Virus record (IMG/VR): IMGVR_UViG_3300028586_000004
Location: 1-60,645 of that record
Direction: 5' to 3' (one strand)
Length of the DNA: 60,645 bases
Source: a virus
Position numbers and translations under genes: made by a program. The notes beneath the pieces are model-generated. The model was not told where the DNA came from, did no database searches, and saw only the letters and a program-made list of their open reading frames with translations. Of the stretch, positions 33,597 through 41,756 are shown piece after piece; position 1 is the stretch's first letter, and each line of letters begins with the position of its first letter.

Positions 33597-33618
33597 TTAT
33601 CCACAGCCCTGTCCACAA
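33597..33618 (+). promoter_or_regulatory. paired DnaA boxes TTATCCACA-gccc-TGTCCACA
   Basis: Read directly. The second box fits the actinobacterial TTGTCCACA type in 8 of 9 positions. Confidence 0.55.
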
Positions 33619-33643
33619 TGTGCACTACCCGAACGGAGACACC

Positions 33644-33901
33644 ATGATCGACATCGCCACCGCCCGCACCATGATCGAACTGTCGAGCGCGTCGTACGTG
33701 CTCGAGTCGGATCGGATGATCGCGAAGGCTCAAGCTCATGCGACGATCGCGCTGGCGGAGGAGCAGCGCACCGCGAACCTCATCGCCTACCTCGCGATGA
33801 GCTCCGCGGCGGACCTCGACGTCAATCTCATGCGCGACGAGATCGAGCACCGGCTGCAGACTCCGTCCGCGCCAACCACTACATCTAGGGCTTCGGGCTG
33901 A
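33644..33901 (+). CDS. hypothetical protein (85 aa)
   Basis: ATG 33644 with RBS ACGGAGA preferred over the tracked GTG 33620. Confidence 0.6.
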   Translation: MIDIATARTMIELSSASYVLESDRMIAKAQAHATIALAEEQRTANLIAYLAMSSAADLDVNLMRDEIEHRLQTPSAPTTTSRASG

Positions 33902-33938
33902 TATCGATCACAAGAGGCCCAGATCAGCGGGCAAAGAA

Positions 33939-33977
33939 GTAGCCCCCGGCGTGGTGTGACCATCAGCCGGGGGCTAC
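33939..33977 (+). terminator. 12-bp-stem hairpin
   Basis: GTAGCCCCCGGC-15 nt-GCCGGGGGCTAC. Confidence 0.7.
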
Positions 33978-34348
33978 AGTGGAAGTGTCTAAGTCCCACG
34001 CACGAGCATAGTCCTCGTGCCGTGGTCCTGTCGACCGGCGTAGAGCCGGAGTCAGCATCGCCTCCGGTCGCCGTCATCGAAACGCGTCGGCTCATCCCCG
34101 TCGCCACTCGGCCGTTAGAGGGTCATCGCAGAGCCCTGCCCGAGCACCGCGTGGGGCCACAACTTCACACGCAACACCCCGCACGACCTCGCACGACTTC
34201 TCCCCGGCACGCCACGGGGGGAAGGGGGGTAGCGGGACAGGCGCGCAGCGCACGACCCGCAACCATCTGCGACACGCTTCGCGCATCGCGGCTGCCGCCC
34301 TCCGCTTCGCTCCGGTTGCCCTGGCAACGACCACAGCAGGACCCAACG

Positions 34349-34364
34349 GGGTAGAGTTCTACCC
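34349..34364 (+). promoter_or_regulatory. inverted repeat GGGTAG-agtt-CTACCC containing -10-like TAGAGT
   Basis: Read directly. The -35 is poor (CGACCA with an 18-nt spacer). Confidence 0.4.
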
Positions 34365-34376
34365 ACCTACCGCAGC

Positions 34377-34392
34377 TACTAGCTGGCTAGTC
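34377..34392. repeat. CTAG palindrome copy (TACTAGCTGGCTAGTC), inverted orientation
   Basis: The reverse complement reads GACTAGCCAGCTAGTA. It lies in a 5' leader, not at a gene end. Confidence 0.8.
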
Positions 34393-34432
34393 GATGGCCG
34401 GCCAGCCACCCACCTACCCGAAAGAGATCATC

Positions 34433-34999
34433 ATGGACAGGTACCGTCAGCCCCAGGACCACAAGCCGCCGCAGGAGCCCCACGTGGACAGTCCCGCGAC
34501 GCACCGGATCGCGATGGATGCGTGGCAGCGCCAGCTGAACGCGATCAACGGGCGCCGCAGCGTCGACGTCATGCACCTCTCGCCCGGAAGCGAGGACCCG
34601 ATCAAGGTGGAGACGTTCGAGACGCCGGACATCGAGCCGATCGTGTCGGTGCTGATGCAGGCTGCGAAGGCGTTCATGCCGATGGAGCAGGCGGTGCAGT
34701 CCACCGCGAACGAGCTCGTGAGCTTCGTCGACGCGTGGGTGGAGGACGCTCGTGAGCCGGGCGACGGGGAGGCGTGGATCCGCCCGAAGGACGGTCATGT
34801 CGTCTTCGCCACTCCGATCCCGGGCGCGTACAAGATGCGCCTGCGTCACGTCGGCGTCGACTCTCGCACCACCACGGTGAAGAAGGGCCACTTCCTCAAG
34901 GGCTACGTGCGCCTCGAGGATCTGCGCACGCAGCAGGCGCAGCGGGTGGCGTCGGCGGAGCAGCTGAACGCGGCAGTCGCCGAGGCGGTGGCGTCGTGA
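34433..34999 (+). CDS. hypothetical protein (188 aa)
   Basis: ATG 34433 preceded by CACCTACCCGAAAGAGATCATC. Confidence 0.7.
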   Translation: MDRYRQPQDHKPPQEPHVDSPATHRIAMDAWQRQLNAINGRRSVDVMHLSPGSEDPIKVETFETPDIEPIVSVLMQAAKAFMPMEQAVQSTANELVSFVDAWVEDAREPGDGEAWIRPKDGHVVFATPIPGAYKMRLRHVGVDSRTTTVKKGHFLKGYVRLEDLRTQQAQRVASAEQLNAAVAEAVAS

Positions 35000-35448
35000 G
35001 CGGCCGCATCGACCCGCTCTCCGGGCAGGAGCTGGAGAGCGACGGAACAGTGGCTGGCACCCCGGAGGGCGTCCGCGTCTGGCCGGTCGACGGCGAGTAC
35101 GTGGTGTCGTGGAATCACGTGTGGGTCGAGGGTACGTACCCCACGGTCGAGGCCGCGGTCGCTGCGACACGGGGTGACCAGGCCCCGGCCGCCGACCCCG
35201 CGCTCGACGCGCTCGATGAGCTGCTCGACTTCTTCGGCTACTTCGCGCCGGGTCAGCCCGAGATCGAGAAGGCGACCGCCATCATCCGCGAGGCCCTGGC
35301 CGACCGCATCACCCCCGCCGAGGCGCGCACGCTTCTCGGATGGAGCGACACACTCGCTGACTTCGGAGTGGCGGTGGCGACAGGCCCCGAGCGCGCCCTC
35401 ATCGTCGACCTCGGCCGCATCGCCGACCGCGACGAGGTGACCCGATGA
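34996..35448 (+). CDS. hypothetical protein with duplicated LDELLxFFGYFAPG module (150 aa)
   Basis: GTG 34996 (GTGA overlap). Shares the 117-nt module with 27822..28199. Confidence 0.65.
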   Translation: MSGRIDPLSGQELESDGTVAGTPEGVRVWPVDGEYVVSWNHVWVEGTYPTVEAAVAATRGDQAPAADPALDALDELLDFFGYFAPGQPEIEKATAIIREALADRITPAEARTLLGWSDTLADFGVAVATGPERALIVDLGRIADRDEVTR

Positions 35449-35762
35449 CCGCGCTCTCGATCAACCCGACCGACGATGAGATCCACGACGTCGCAATCGC
35501 CAGCGACCCCCCTGGCTCGTGGGTCGGATCCGCACGGCGCGTCTTCCAGGCGGCCGTCGAGGCGGAGCGCGCCCGAGCCGCCGCCGAGGCGACCGAGGAG
35601 TGGGGCGTCGAGTACGGGACCGGGGACTTCCGGCACGTCAACCAGTGCGGCTCGGACGCGGACGCTCGTGGGCGCGCTGAGAAGTGGGCGGAGGAGCGTT
35701 GGTACGACAAGCCGACCCTCGTCCGCCGCACCGCCGCTGGCCCGTGGGAGGTGCAGTCGTGA
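35445..35762 (+). CDS. hypothetical protein (105 aa)
   Basis: ORF track; ATGA overlap. Confidence 0.65.
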   Translation: MTALSINPTDDEIHDVAIASDPPGSWVGSARRVFQAAVEAERARAAAEATEEWGVEYGTGDFRHVNQCGSDADARGRAEKWAEERWYDKPTLVRRTAAGPWEVQS

Positions 35763-35902
35763 CTGCAAGAGCGGCCCGCGCGATCCGCGCAGGAATCGTG
35801 ACGGCCCTCGCTGACCTGGGTATTCGTCAGGGCTGGGAGCGGAGCTACCCGCTTGGCCGCCTGGCCCGCCGTGCGTACGACCGAACGAAGGAGACCCGAT
35901 GA
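35759..35902 (+). CDS. small basic protein (47 aa)
   Basis: GTG 35759 (GTGA overlap). Ends with an ATGA overlap into the next gene. Confidence 0.45.
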   Translation: MTARAARAIRAGIVTALADLGIRQGWERSYPLGRLARRAYDRTKETR

Positions 35903-36579
35903 CCCCCGCCGACCAGCGCGAGCAGGCCCTCGCCGCCGTGCAAATCATCAGGGCGCAGGTCATCGACCACGGGGCGAGCCTCGCGGCCTCGCTGGATCAG
36001 CAGTTCGCCGTCGTCCTCGCCGCCCTCACGCCGCCGCCCCTGCCCGCCGACCTCGCCGAGATCCAGGCGCGCGCCGACGCCGCGACCCCCGGGCCGTGGG
36101 CGATGACCAGCCAAGGAGGTATCGAGCCAGCCAATTACAGCGGCCCGGGCGAGGACTTCACCTCCATCGCCGCGGTGCGAGAGGATCGGGACTGGGCGTT
36201 CATCGCGCACGCCCGGACCGACGTGCCCGCGCTCGTCGCCGAGCTGACCGCCGCGCGCGCCAAGCTGCAGAAGATTCACGACTCGGTGATCGAAGGTCTC
36301 GAGGGATCCGAGGACGACGTCTACTCGAACGACTACGGCGTCTCCTCGACATGGCTGCTCGACGTGCTTGGCGACGCGGACGGATCTCGCGGCTTCTCCG
36401 AGCTGGCCGAGCTGCGCGCGCGGCCGACGCTGACCCCCGAGCAGGCGCACCAGCTCTTCATCCGCCTGCTCGGTCGGACCGTCGAGCATGAGGCATGGAT
36501 GGCGCTCTCCGCCATCGCCCGACTCCACACCGCCGCTCCGCCCCGCCGAACCTTCGGTGGCGGAGGGGTTCAGTCGTGA
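35899..36579 (+). CDS. hypothetical protein (226 aa)
   Basis: ORF track. Contains the ATPGPW motif seen in other phage proteins of unknown function. Confidence 0.7.
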   Translation: MTPADQREQALAAVQIIRAQVIDHGASLAASLDQQFAVVLAALTPPPLPADLAEIQARADAATPGPWAMTSQGGIEPANYSGPGEDFTSIAAVREDRDWAFIAHARTDVPALVAELTAARAKLQKIHDSVIEGLEGSEDDVYSNDYGVSSTWLLDVLGDADGSRGFSELAELRARPTLTPEQAHQLFIRLLGRTVEHEAWMALSAIARLHTAAPPRRTFGGGGVQS

Positions 36580-37244
36580 CGATGCCTCCGACCGACAGCC
36601 AGATTCGCGACTGGTTGCGCACTGCAGCCGTTCGTCTCCACGAACGGCGCAACCCTGAACCCCGCACGTCGACCGACGCCGCGGCAACCGAGAACGAAGC
36701 ACCCGACTCCCCGGATCCGTCGACCAGCGTGTCGGCGGGGCCCCTTCCTGCACCACCCGAGAGGAACACCATGGACCAGTACCCCACCCGCATCGACCTG
36801 GACAACCAGTTCAGCGTCGAGAGCATCGACCTCGACGCCTTCACCTTCCCGAAGCTGACCCTCCACACCTGGTCGGACATCTTCGGCAAGGGCGGCAGCT
36901 ACGTCATTCAGTGCGACCTGGCGGGCGAGGAGGCCATGCGGGCACCGCGGCTCACCTCCGTCTCGTTCGAGGAGCCCGACTCCAGCATCCGCGCCAACCT
37001 CGAGCTGCTCGTCGAGGACTTCAACAGCGACTGGGGAGTGGAGCCGAAGACCGAGTGGCTCCAGATCTTCACCCGCGCGCAGGACAAGGTCGCGGCCTAC
37101 TATGCCAAGCAGGTGGAGAACATCGAAGAGCTCAAGCGCCGGGCTGCCGTGTCGGTCGAGCGGCAGGAGACACTGGAGGCTATGACGATGGAGACCCGCT
37201 GGGCGCTCGAGGCCGCTGCCGCTGCCGAAGAGGCGAAGTCGTGA
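36576..37244 (+). CDS. hypothetical protein (up to 222 aa)
   Basis: GTG 36576 or ATG 36582. In-frame ATG 36771 has a strong RBS (GAGAGGAACACC) and may be the true start (157 aa). Confidence 0.6.
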   Translation: MTMPPTDSQIRDWLRTAAVRLHERRNPEPRTSTDAAATENEAPDSPDPSTSVSAGPLPAPPERNTMDQYPTRIDLDNQFSVESIDLDAFTFPKLTLHTWSDIFGKGGSYVIQCDLAGEEAMRAPRLTSVSFEEPDSSIRANLELLVEDFNSDWGVEPKTEWLQIFTRAQDKVAAYYAKQVENIEELKRRAAVSVERQETLEAMTMETRWALEAAAAAEEAKS

Positions 37245-37411
37245 ACATCCTGGCCATCCTCGGCGTGCTCATCGGCGTCATCTTCATCGCCGGAGGGGCC
37301 GCCGGCACCATCGTCGGACTCCGCTCGCACGGGCGCGCCGACGGCACCGACCTGCTCGTCGCGTTCATCGGCGCCGTGCTGCTCGTCGGCGGCCTCGTGG
37401 TGCTGACGTGA
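37241..37411 (+). CDS. membrane protein, two transmembrane helices (56 aa)
   Basis: GTG 37241 (GTGA overlap). Translation NILAILGVLIGVIFIAGGAAG.. Confidence 0.55.
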   Translation: MNILAILGVLIGVIFIAGGAAGTIVGLRSHGRADGTDLLVAFIGAVLLVGGLVVLT

Positions 37412-37755
37412 CCGCGCTGTTCGCCAACGACCAGGGCGACATCGAGTTCACGCGCGGCCCTGCCGAGCGTCACGCCAGCCTCAACGCCGGCATCTCACGC
37501 GACGAGATCCTCGACGCCGAAATCACGAGGGCCGAGGCGCGCGCGCTCGCCGCCGCGCTGCTCGCCTACGCCGACACCCCCGACCCCGGCCCCGGGGCCC
37601 CGTACCCGATGACCGAGGACTTCGCGCGCTTCGTCGATCACAGTTCGCTACACCCGCACGACTCCATCTTCGTCGGGTTCGCTCAACCCCAGGAGGCGTA
37701 CGGATTCTGGAACGGCGGCCTGCAGAAGCTGCTCGACGGCAAGTACCCCGCATGA
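37408..37755 (+). CDS. hypothetical protein (115 aa)
   Basis: ORF track. Confidence 0.6.
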   Translation: MTALFANDQGDIEFTRGPAERHASLNAGISRDEILDAEITRAEARALAAALLAYADTPDPGPGAPYPMTEDFARFVDHSSLHPHDSIFVGFAQPQEAYGFWNGGLQKLLDGKYPA

Positions 37756-37880
37756 TCCTCATCGACCCCGACTGCCGCGACGGCAAGCACGCCAACTGCC
37801 GCGGCTACGGTTGGGATACCGACACCGACACCCCGACCAGCTGCCCCTGCAGCTGCCACGCACGCAAGGAGACAGCATGA
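37752..37880 (+). CDS. small Cys-rich protein (42 aa)
   Basis: Below the track cutoff. Translation DPDCRDGKHANCRGYGW...CPCSCH. ATGA overlaps on both sides. Confidence 0.55.
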   Translation: MILIDPDCRDGKHANCRGYGWDTDTDTPTSCPCSCHARKETA

Positions 37881-38260
37881 CCGACATCACTCCGCTCCCC
37901 GAGAACTGGGGCGCCATGGACTACGACGAGCGCGCCGCCTACGAGGACGCCCTCGACCAGGAACAGGAGCGGCTCGAACGCGAGGCGATCGCGCTCGTCG
38001 GCTACCGCAACGAGGAAGCCACGAGCCACTGGACCAACCGCTTCGTCGACCACAAGGAGGGCGGCATGCGGCTCAAGCTCAACGAGTTCGTGCCCGAGTC
38101 CGACCAGGACGACGACGTCGTCTTCCCCGACCCGTTCGGCTACTGGCGCGCCAACATGGTGCAGGGCTCCACCGTCCTCGCGAACACCACGCTGTTCGTC
38201 ACGACCGTCGACCTGCACACGATGTACGACGACATCACCGACCACTTCGAGGCGGCGTAG
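37877..38260 (+). CDS. hypothetical acidic protein (127 aa)
   Basis: ATG 37877 within tracked ORF 37811..38260. Confidence 0.65.
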   Translation: MTDITPLPENWGAMDYDERAAYEDALDQEQERLEREAIALVGYRNEEATSHWTNRFVDHKEGGMRLKLNEFVPESDQDDDVVFPDPFGYWRANMVQGSTVLANTTLFVTTVDLHTMYDDITDHFEAA

Positions 38261-38262
38261 CC

Positions 38263-38529
38263 ATGGCCTACGCGCGCGCCGCCCTCGTGCGCTGGGCGGG
38301 TGAGAAGATCGAGCTGACCAAGCAGCGCCGCTACGTCCTCATGGCGATCGCCAACCAGGTAGGGCTCGAGCAGCTCGGCACCTACACCACTACGGAGGAG
38401 CTCGTCGCAGCCAGCGGCATCTCCTCCGCGGCGCAGGTGAAGGAGGCGCTGCATCACCTGGACAAGCGCATGATGATCCGGCTGACGTCGAACGGCAACA
38501 ACACCTGGGCCATCAAGCTCCTGCTGTGA
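38263..38529 (+). CDS. winged-helix DNA-binding protein (88 aa)
   Basis: TTTEELVAASGISSAAQVKEALHHLDKRMMIRL is an HTH-plus-wing pattern. Confidence 0.45.
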   Translation: MAYARAALVRWAGEKIELTKQRRYVLMAIANQVGLEQLGTYTTTEELVAASGISSAAQVKEALHHLDKRMMIRLTSNGNNTWAIKLLL

Positions 38530-38720
38530 CCGCCGACGAGCCCACCCTGCCCTCCGACGAAGCGTTCACGTGGTGGCTGTCCAGCCTCGACGCCCAGTCG
38601 GTGCAGGGTGAGCTCGTCGGACAGCCGTCCCACGAAGAGTCCCTCGCGATCAAGCGAGCCATGAACGACAACGCACGTCGCCGCCGAGCCGCCCGGCTGC
38701 GCCGAGAACCCATCGACTAG
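38526..38720 (+). CDS. hypothetical protein with basic C-terminus (64 aa)
   Basis: ORF track. The TAG stop lies inside the palindrome. Confidence 0.55.
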   Translation: MTADEPTLPSDEAFTWWLSSLDAQSVQGELVGQPSHEESLAIKRAMNDNARRRRAARLRREPID

Positions 38721-38730
38721 CTAGCTAGTC
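38715..38730. repeat. CTAG palindrome, perfect copy
   Basis: Contains the TAG stop 38718-38720, 19 nt before ATG 38750. No hairpin follows. Confidence 0.95.
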
Positions 38731-38749
38731 GCCCCCCGAGAGGAACCCC

Positions 38750-38992
38750 ATGCACCACCACGAGCACAGGCTCAAGTCCCCCATCCGACTGCTGCTCGGC
38801 CCACTGCTGCGCGAGGAAGTCGTCGACGGCCTCAAGGCGGTCGCCGCCTACCGTCGTGAGGTGGCGCAGATCAAGCGCACCTGGCCCGCAGGCGACCCCA
38901 TGCGCGACGCCCACCTCTCCGGCCTGGTGCTCGAGCACCGCGTCGACGAGAAGGACTGGAACGTCATCGAGGTCAAGGACCTCACGGCATGA
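38750..38992 (+). CDS. hypothetical protein (80 aa)
   Basis: ORF track; RBS GAGAGGA. Confidence 0.65.
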   Translation: MHHHEHRLKSPIRLLLGPLLREEVVDGLKAVAAYRREVAQIKRTWPAGDPMRDAHLSGLVLEHRVDEKDWNVIEVKDLTA

Positions 38993-39441
38993 CCGAGGTC
39001 AGCACCGAGATCATCGAGTTCGCCAACGCGATCCGTGACTGCCCCACCTGGCCGCCGGCCAACCGCGACGACTGGCCCGTGTGGGCAGACCCTGACCAGG
39101 TCCCCGACGTGATCTCCGTGCTCGCCGCCTGGGGCGCGCAGAAGAACAACGCCGACACGCACGTGCTCATGCCGCAGCGATACGGCTTCGACGCACAGAA
39201 GGTGCGCGACGTCATCGTCCAGCGCGTCATCATCGACCACCCGCGCGAGGCGCTGCTCATCGGTCAGGTGTTCTCCGCCGCGCTGAACGGTGACCCCGAG
39301 CTCGCCGGCATGCTCGCCGTCACGCTGCAGGACGCCAACGTGGAGGAGCAGGGGTGGGCGATCCTCGCCGCCGCGGACCTCTACCGCAAGCTCGTCGTGC
39401 CACGGCCGGCGCCGCGCCCGAAGCCGGGGCCGCGTCGATGA
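38989..39441 (+). CDS. hypothetical protein (150 aa)
   Basis: ORF track. Confidence 0.65.
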   Translation: MTEVSTEIIEFANAIRDCPTWPPANRDDWPVWADPDQVPDVISVLAAWGAQKNNADTHVLMPQRYGFDAQKVRDVIVQRVIIDHPREALLIGQVFSAALNGDPELAGMLAVTLQDANVEEQGWAILAAADLYRKLVVPRPAPRPKPGPRR

Positions 39442-39779
39442 GCCGCATGCAGGGGGCGCTCTACGCCACCGTGCGCAAGCGCGACGGCGAGTGGCGCTTC
39501 GAAGTCCCGCGCACCGGGAACCCGCAGGACCCGTGGGCCGCCGGCACGGCGGACAGCCTGCGCGACGGACTCGTCCGAGCCCAGGCGGAGATCGACAAGA
39601 TCCATCGCGCTCGCGTGGCGCGCGCGCACGCCGCCTCGATGGACGTGAAGGACTGCGCCCAGTGCGGCGACCCCAGCTTCCACTCGCGCGAGAAGCTCCC
39701 CGACGGGCGGGTCAAGCTCACCGACCGATGCGAGAGCTGCAACTTCCGTCACGTCACCACCGTCAGCCCCGACAGCTGA
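39438..39779 (+). CDS. zinc-ribbon protein (113 aa)
   Basis: ATG 39438 (ATGA overlap). CAQC ... CESC cysteine pairs. Confidence 0.6.
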   Translation: MSRMQGALYATVRKRDGEWRFEVPRTGNPQDPWAAGTADSLRDGLVRAQAEIDKIHRARVARAHAASMDVKDCAQCGDPSFHSREKLPDGRVKLTDRCESCNFRHVTTVSPDS

Positions 39780-39785
39780 CCACCA

Positions 39786-39833
39786 GATCCCTCCCGCAGC
39801 CAGGTACTGTGTACCCAGCAGGCGGGAGGGATC
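39786..39833 (+). promoter_or_regulatory. 12-bp-stem hairpin whose 3' arm contains the RBS of the next gene
   Basis: GATCCCTCCCGC-24 nt-GCGGGAGGGATC. The loop holds a nested GGTAC-tgt-GTACC repeat. ATG 39836 is 2 nt after the stem. Confidence 0.6.
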
Positions 39834-39835
39834 AG

Positions 39836-40735
39836 ATGGCTGGCTACAACTTCGGGAACGGAACCGGCGGCGTCGGTGACTCCAACGGCAGCTTCATCGA
39901 AGGCCGGCTCTGGTACGACACCCGCCTCCCCACCGCCGTGCGAGACAGCGACGGCCGATGGCCCATGATCGTCACCTCCATCGAGGTCGTCGCCTCTGGG
40001 CGCGGCGGCCCCCGCCGGCTCTACGCCACGATCGGCGACGGATTTAACGACAACGCCCAGTCGGGTTCTGACTTCGACGCACCCGCCGGCCCCAAGGCCG
40101 AGCACGTGCACCGCATCCCCACGTTCAAGGTGATCGAGTACGGCGGCGAGAACAACCGCTTCGCGCGCATCCACCTCGGCACCCGCGGTGGCCCCTTCTA
40201 CCACGGGCGCAACGGCCGCGGCCCCGGCACCGTCTTCGGCGAAGGCGGTTTCGCGCGAGGCGGGTCTCTGGCCGGCGGCATGATCTACGCCTACTCGCCG
40301 TCCGCCCCGAACATGCGCGCCATCACGTCGGCTCCCGACGGGCGCTCTGCAACCGTCGAGATGGATGCGCCGCGATCCGACGGCGAGTCGGGGATCAAGG
40401 GCTACCGGCTGCAGTGGTCCAAGTACGCGGACTTCCGCGAGCTCGCCGGCAGCTACGACGTCCCGCTCACCTCGGACATCGCGGGCCTCGATCCGAACAC
40501 GCGCTACTACTTCCGCGGGGTCGCGCGCAACGAGGTCACCGACCGAGTCGGCTCGTTCGGTGGGCCCTTCTCGAACACCGGCGTCGTTGACACATCGGCG
40601 GGCTCCCTCGCGGGGGGCAAGATCTACACAGGCACGGGCTTCGCCCCAGCCAGGCACCGCGTCTACGACGGGACTCGCTTCGTGGACGCCAAGGCTCAGG
40701 TCTACAACGGAACAGGATGGGTGAACGCGCGATGA
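39836..40735 (+). CDS. FN3-domain protein with C-terminal xVYxGTxFVxA repeats (299 aa)
   Basis: The FN3-like segment is DGRSATVEMDAPRSDG..GYRLQWS..LDPNTRYYFRGVARNE. Three fibre-like C-terminal repeats follow. Confidence 0.6.
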   Translation: MAGYNFGNGTGGVGDSNGSFIEGRLWYDTRLPTAVRDSDGRWPMIVTSIEVVASGRGGPRRLYATIGDGFNDNAQSGSDFDAPAGPKAEHVHRIPTFKVIEYGGENNRFARIHLGTRGGPFYHGRNGRGPGTVFGEGGFARGGSLAGGMIYAYSPSAPNMRAITSAPDGRSATVEMDAPRSDGESGIKGYRLQWSKYADFRELAGSYDVPLTSDIAGLDPNTRYYFRGVARNEVTDRVGSFGGPFSNTGVVDTSAGSLAGGKIYTGTGFAPARHRVYDGTRFVDAKAQVYNGTGWVNAR

Positions 40736-41244
40736 GCGGACCACGAGAGAGCCGAAGCAAGTTCGGCCACACGCTGCGGAAGCCGGTCGTTCTCGACGGC
40801 ATGTTCCATTTCACGTACGCAGTGTTCTACCTCATCATCGGCAGCGCCGGAATCGCCGGGGCGATCTACTCCATCCCCTCGCTCGCGCGGACGACGGACG
40901 TGCTGTTCGCGGCCATCGCTGCCAGCTTCCTCGGGTTGACCTGTTACGCCTCCGGCGTCCTCGCACTCGTCGCTCGACCATGGGCGCAGGAGGCGGAGAT
41001 CTACACGGGCCTCTCCGTCGTCATGTCCCTAGGGCTGCTCGCGTTCGGGCTCTTCACGCAGCTCATCGTGACGTCCGAGCAGGGCCGCCTCTACATCGCC
41101 ATCTTCGCGGTCGGCGCCATCGTATTCCCGCTGTACCGTTCCGCCTGGATCGCCATCAAGCTGCGGAAGCTGCGCGAGGCAGAGCAGAAGCTGCGACAAG
41201 TCGACGCCCAGATCGCGAGCCTCGAGAAGGGCAACCAGGACTGA
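40732..41244 (+). CDS. holin-like membrane protein, four transmembrane helices (170 aa)
   Basis: ATG 40732 (ATGA overlap). Hydrophobic segments and a charged coiled C-terminus. Confidence 0.5.
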   Translation: MSGPRESRSKFGHTLRKPVVLDGMFHFTYAVFYLIIGSAGIAGAIYSIPSLARTTDVLFAAIAASFLGLTCYASGVLALVARPWAQEAEIYTGLSVVMSLGLLAFGLFTQLIVTSEQGRLYIAIFAVGAIVFPLYRSAWIAIKLRKLREAEQKLRQVDAQIASLEKGNQD

Positions 41245-41756
41245 TGCCCGGCTCTCTCCCGCTTCCCGAGTTCGGCACGCTGGCATCATGGATCGGCCTC
41301 GCGGTCACCATGCTGGGCGGCGGCAGCATCGGCACCTACCTGTTCACGAAGCGGAACCAGGACAAGAAGACCGACGCGGACGTCTTCGCGGCCGTCAGCA
41401 CCGGCAGCGCCGAGCTCAAGAAGGCGGTCAGCGACGGGCAGGTGGCCGAGACCGACCGGCTCGTGAAGCTTACCGAGCAGGTCATCGCGCTCAGCGACGC
41501 GCTCGGTGCGCTGCGGTCCGAGAAGGACGCGCAGATCGAAGACCTGAACGAGCAGATCAGCACGCTGCGTCGGCAGAACTCCGAGAAGGACACGCTCGTC
41601 GTCGAGAGCCGCCGGGACCTGGACGAGTTCAAGGTGGCGGTCGGCCAGCTGCTCTCTGAGCTCCGCGCGCTCTGGCCGGCGCCGCCGTTCCCCGCGCTCA
41701 CGACCGCGAACGAGCACCTGCTGGAGATCCTCAACCGAGGCCAGCCAAAGGGGTAG
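41244..41756 (+). CDS. N-terminal transmembrane coiled-coil protein, second lysis-type membrane protein (170 aa)
   Basis: ATG 41244 (TGATG coupling). One N-terminal transmembrane helix and a long heptad-like region. Confidence 0.45.
   Translation: MPGSLPLPEFGTLASWIGLAVTMLGGGSIGTYLFTKRNQDKKTDADVFAAVSTGSAELKKAVSDGQVAETDRLVKLTEQVIALSDALGALRSEKDAQIEDLNEQISTLRRQNSEKDTLVVESRRDLDEFKVAVGQLLSELRALWPAPPFPALTTANEHLLEILNRGQPKG

Noticed and set aside
33956-34366. ORFs 33956..34354 (+), 34092..34346 (-) and 34115..34366 (-) in the 33902-34348 interval.
   Set aside because: Biased junk translations, mutually overlapping, with no translation signals.
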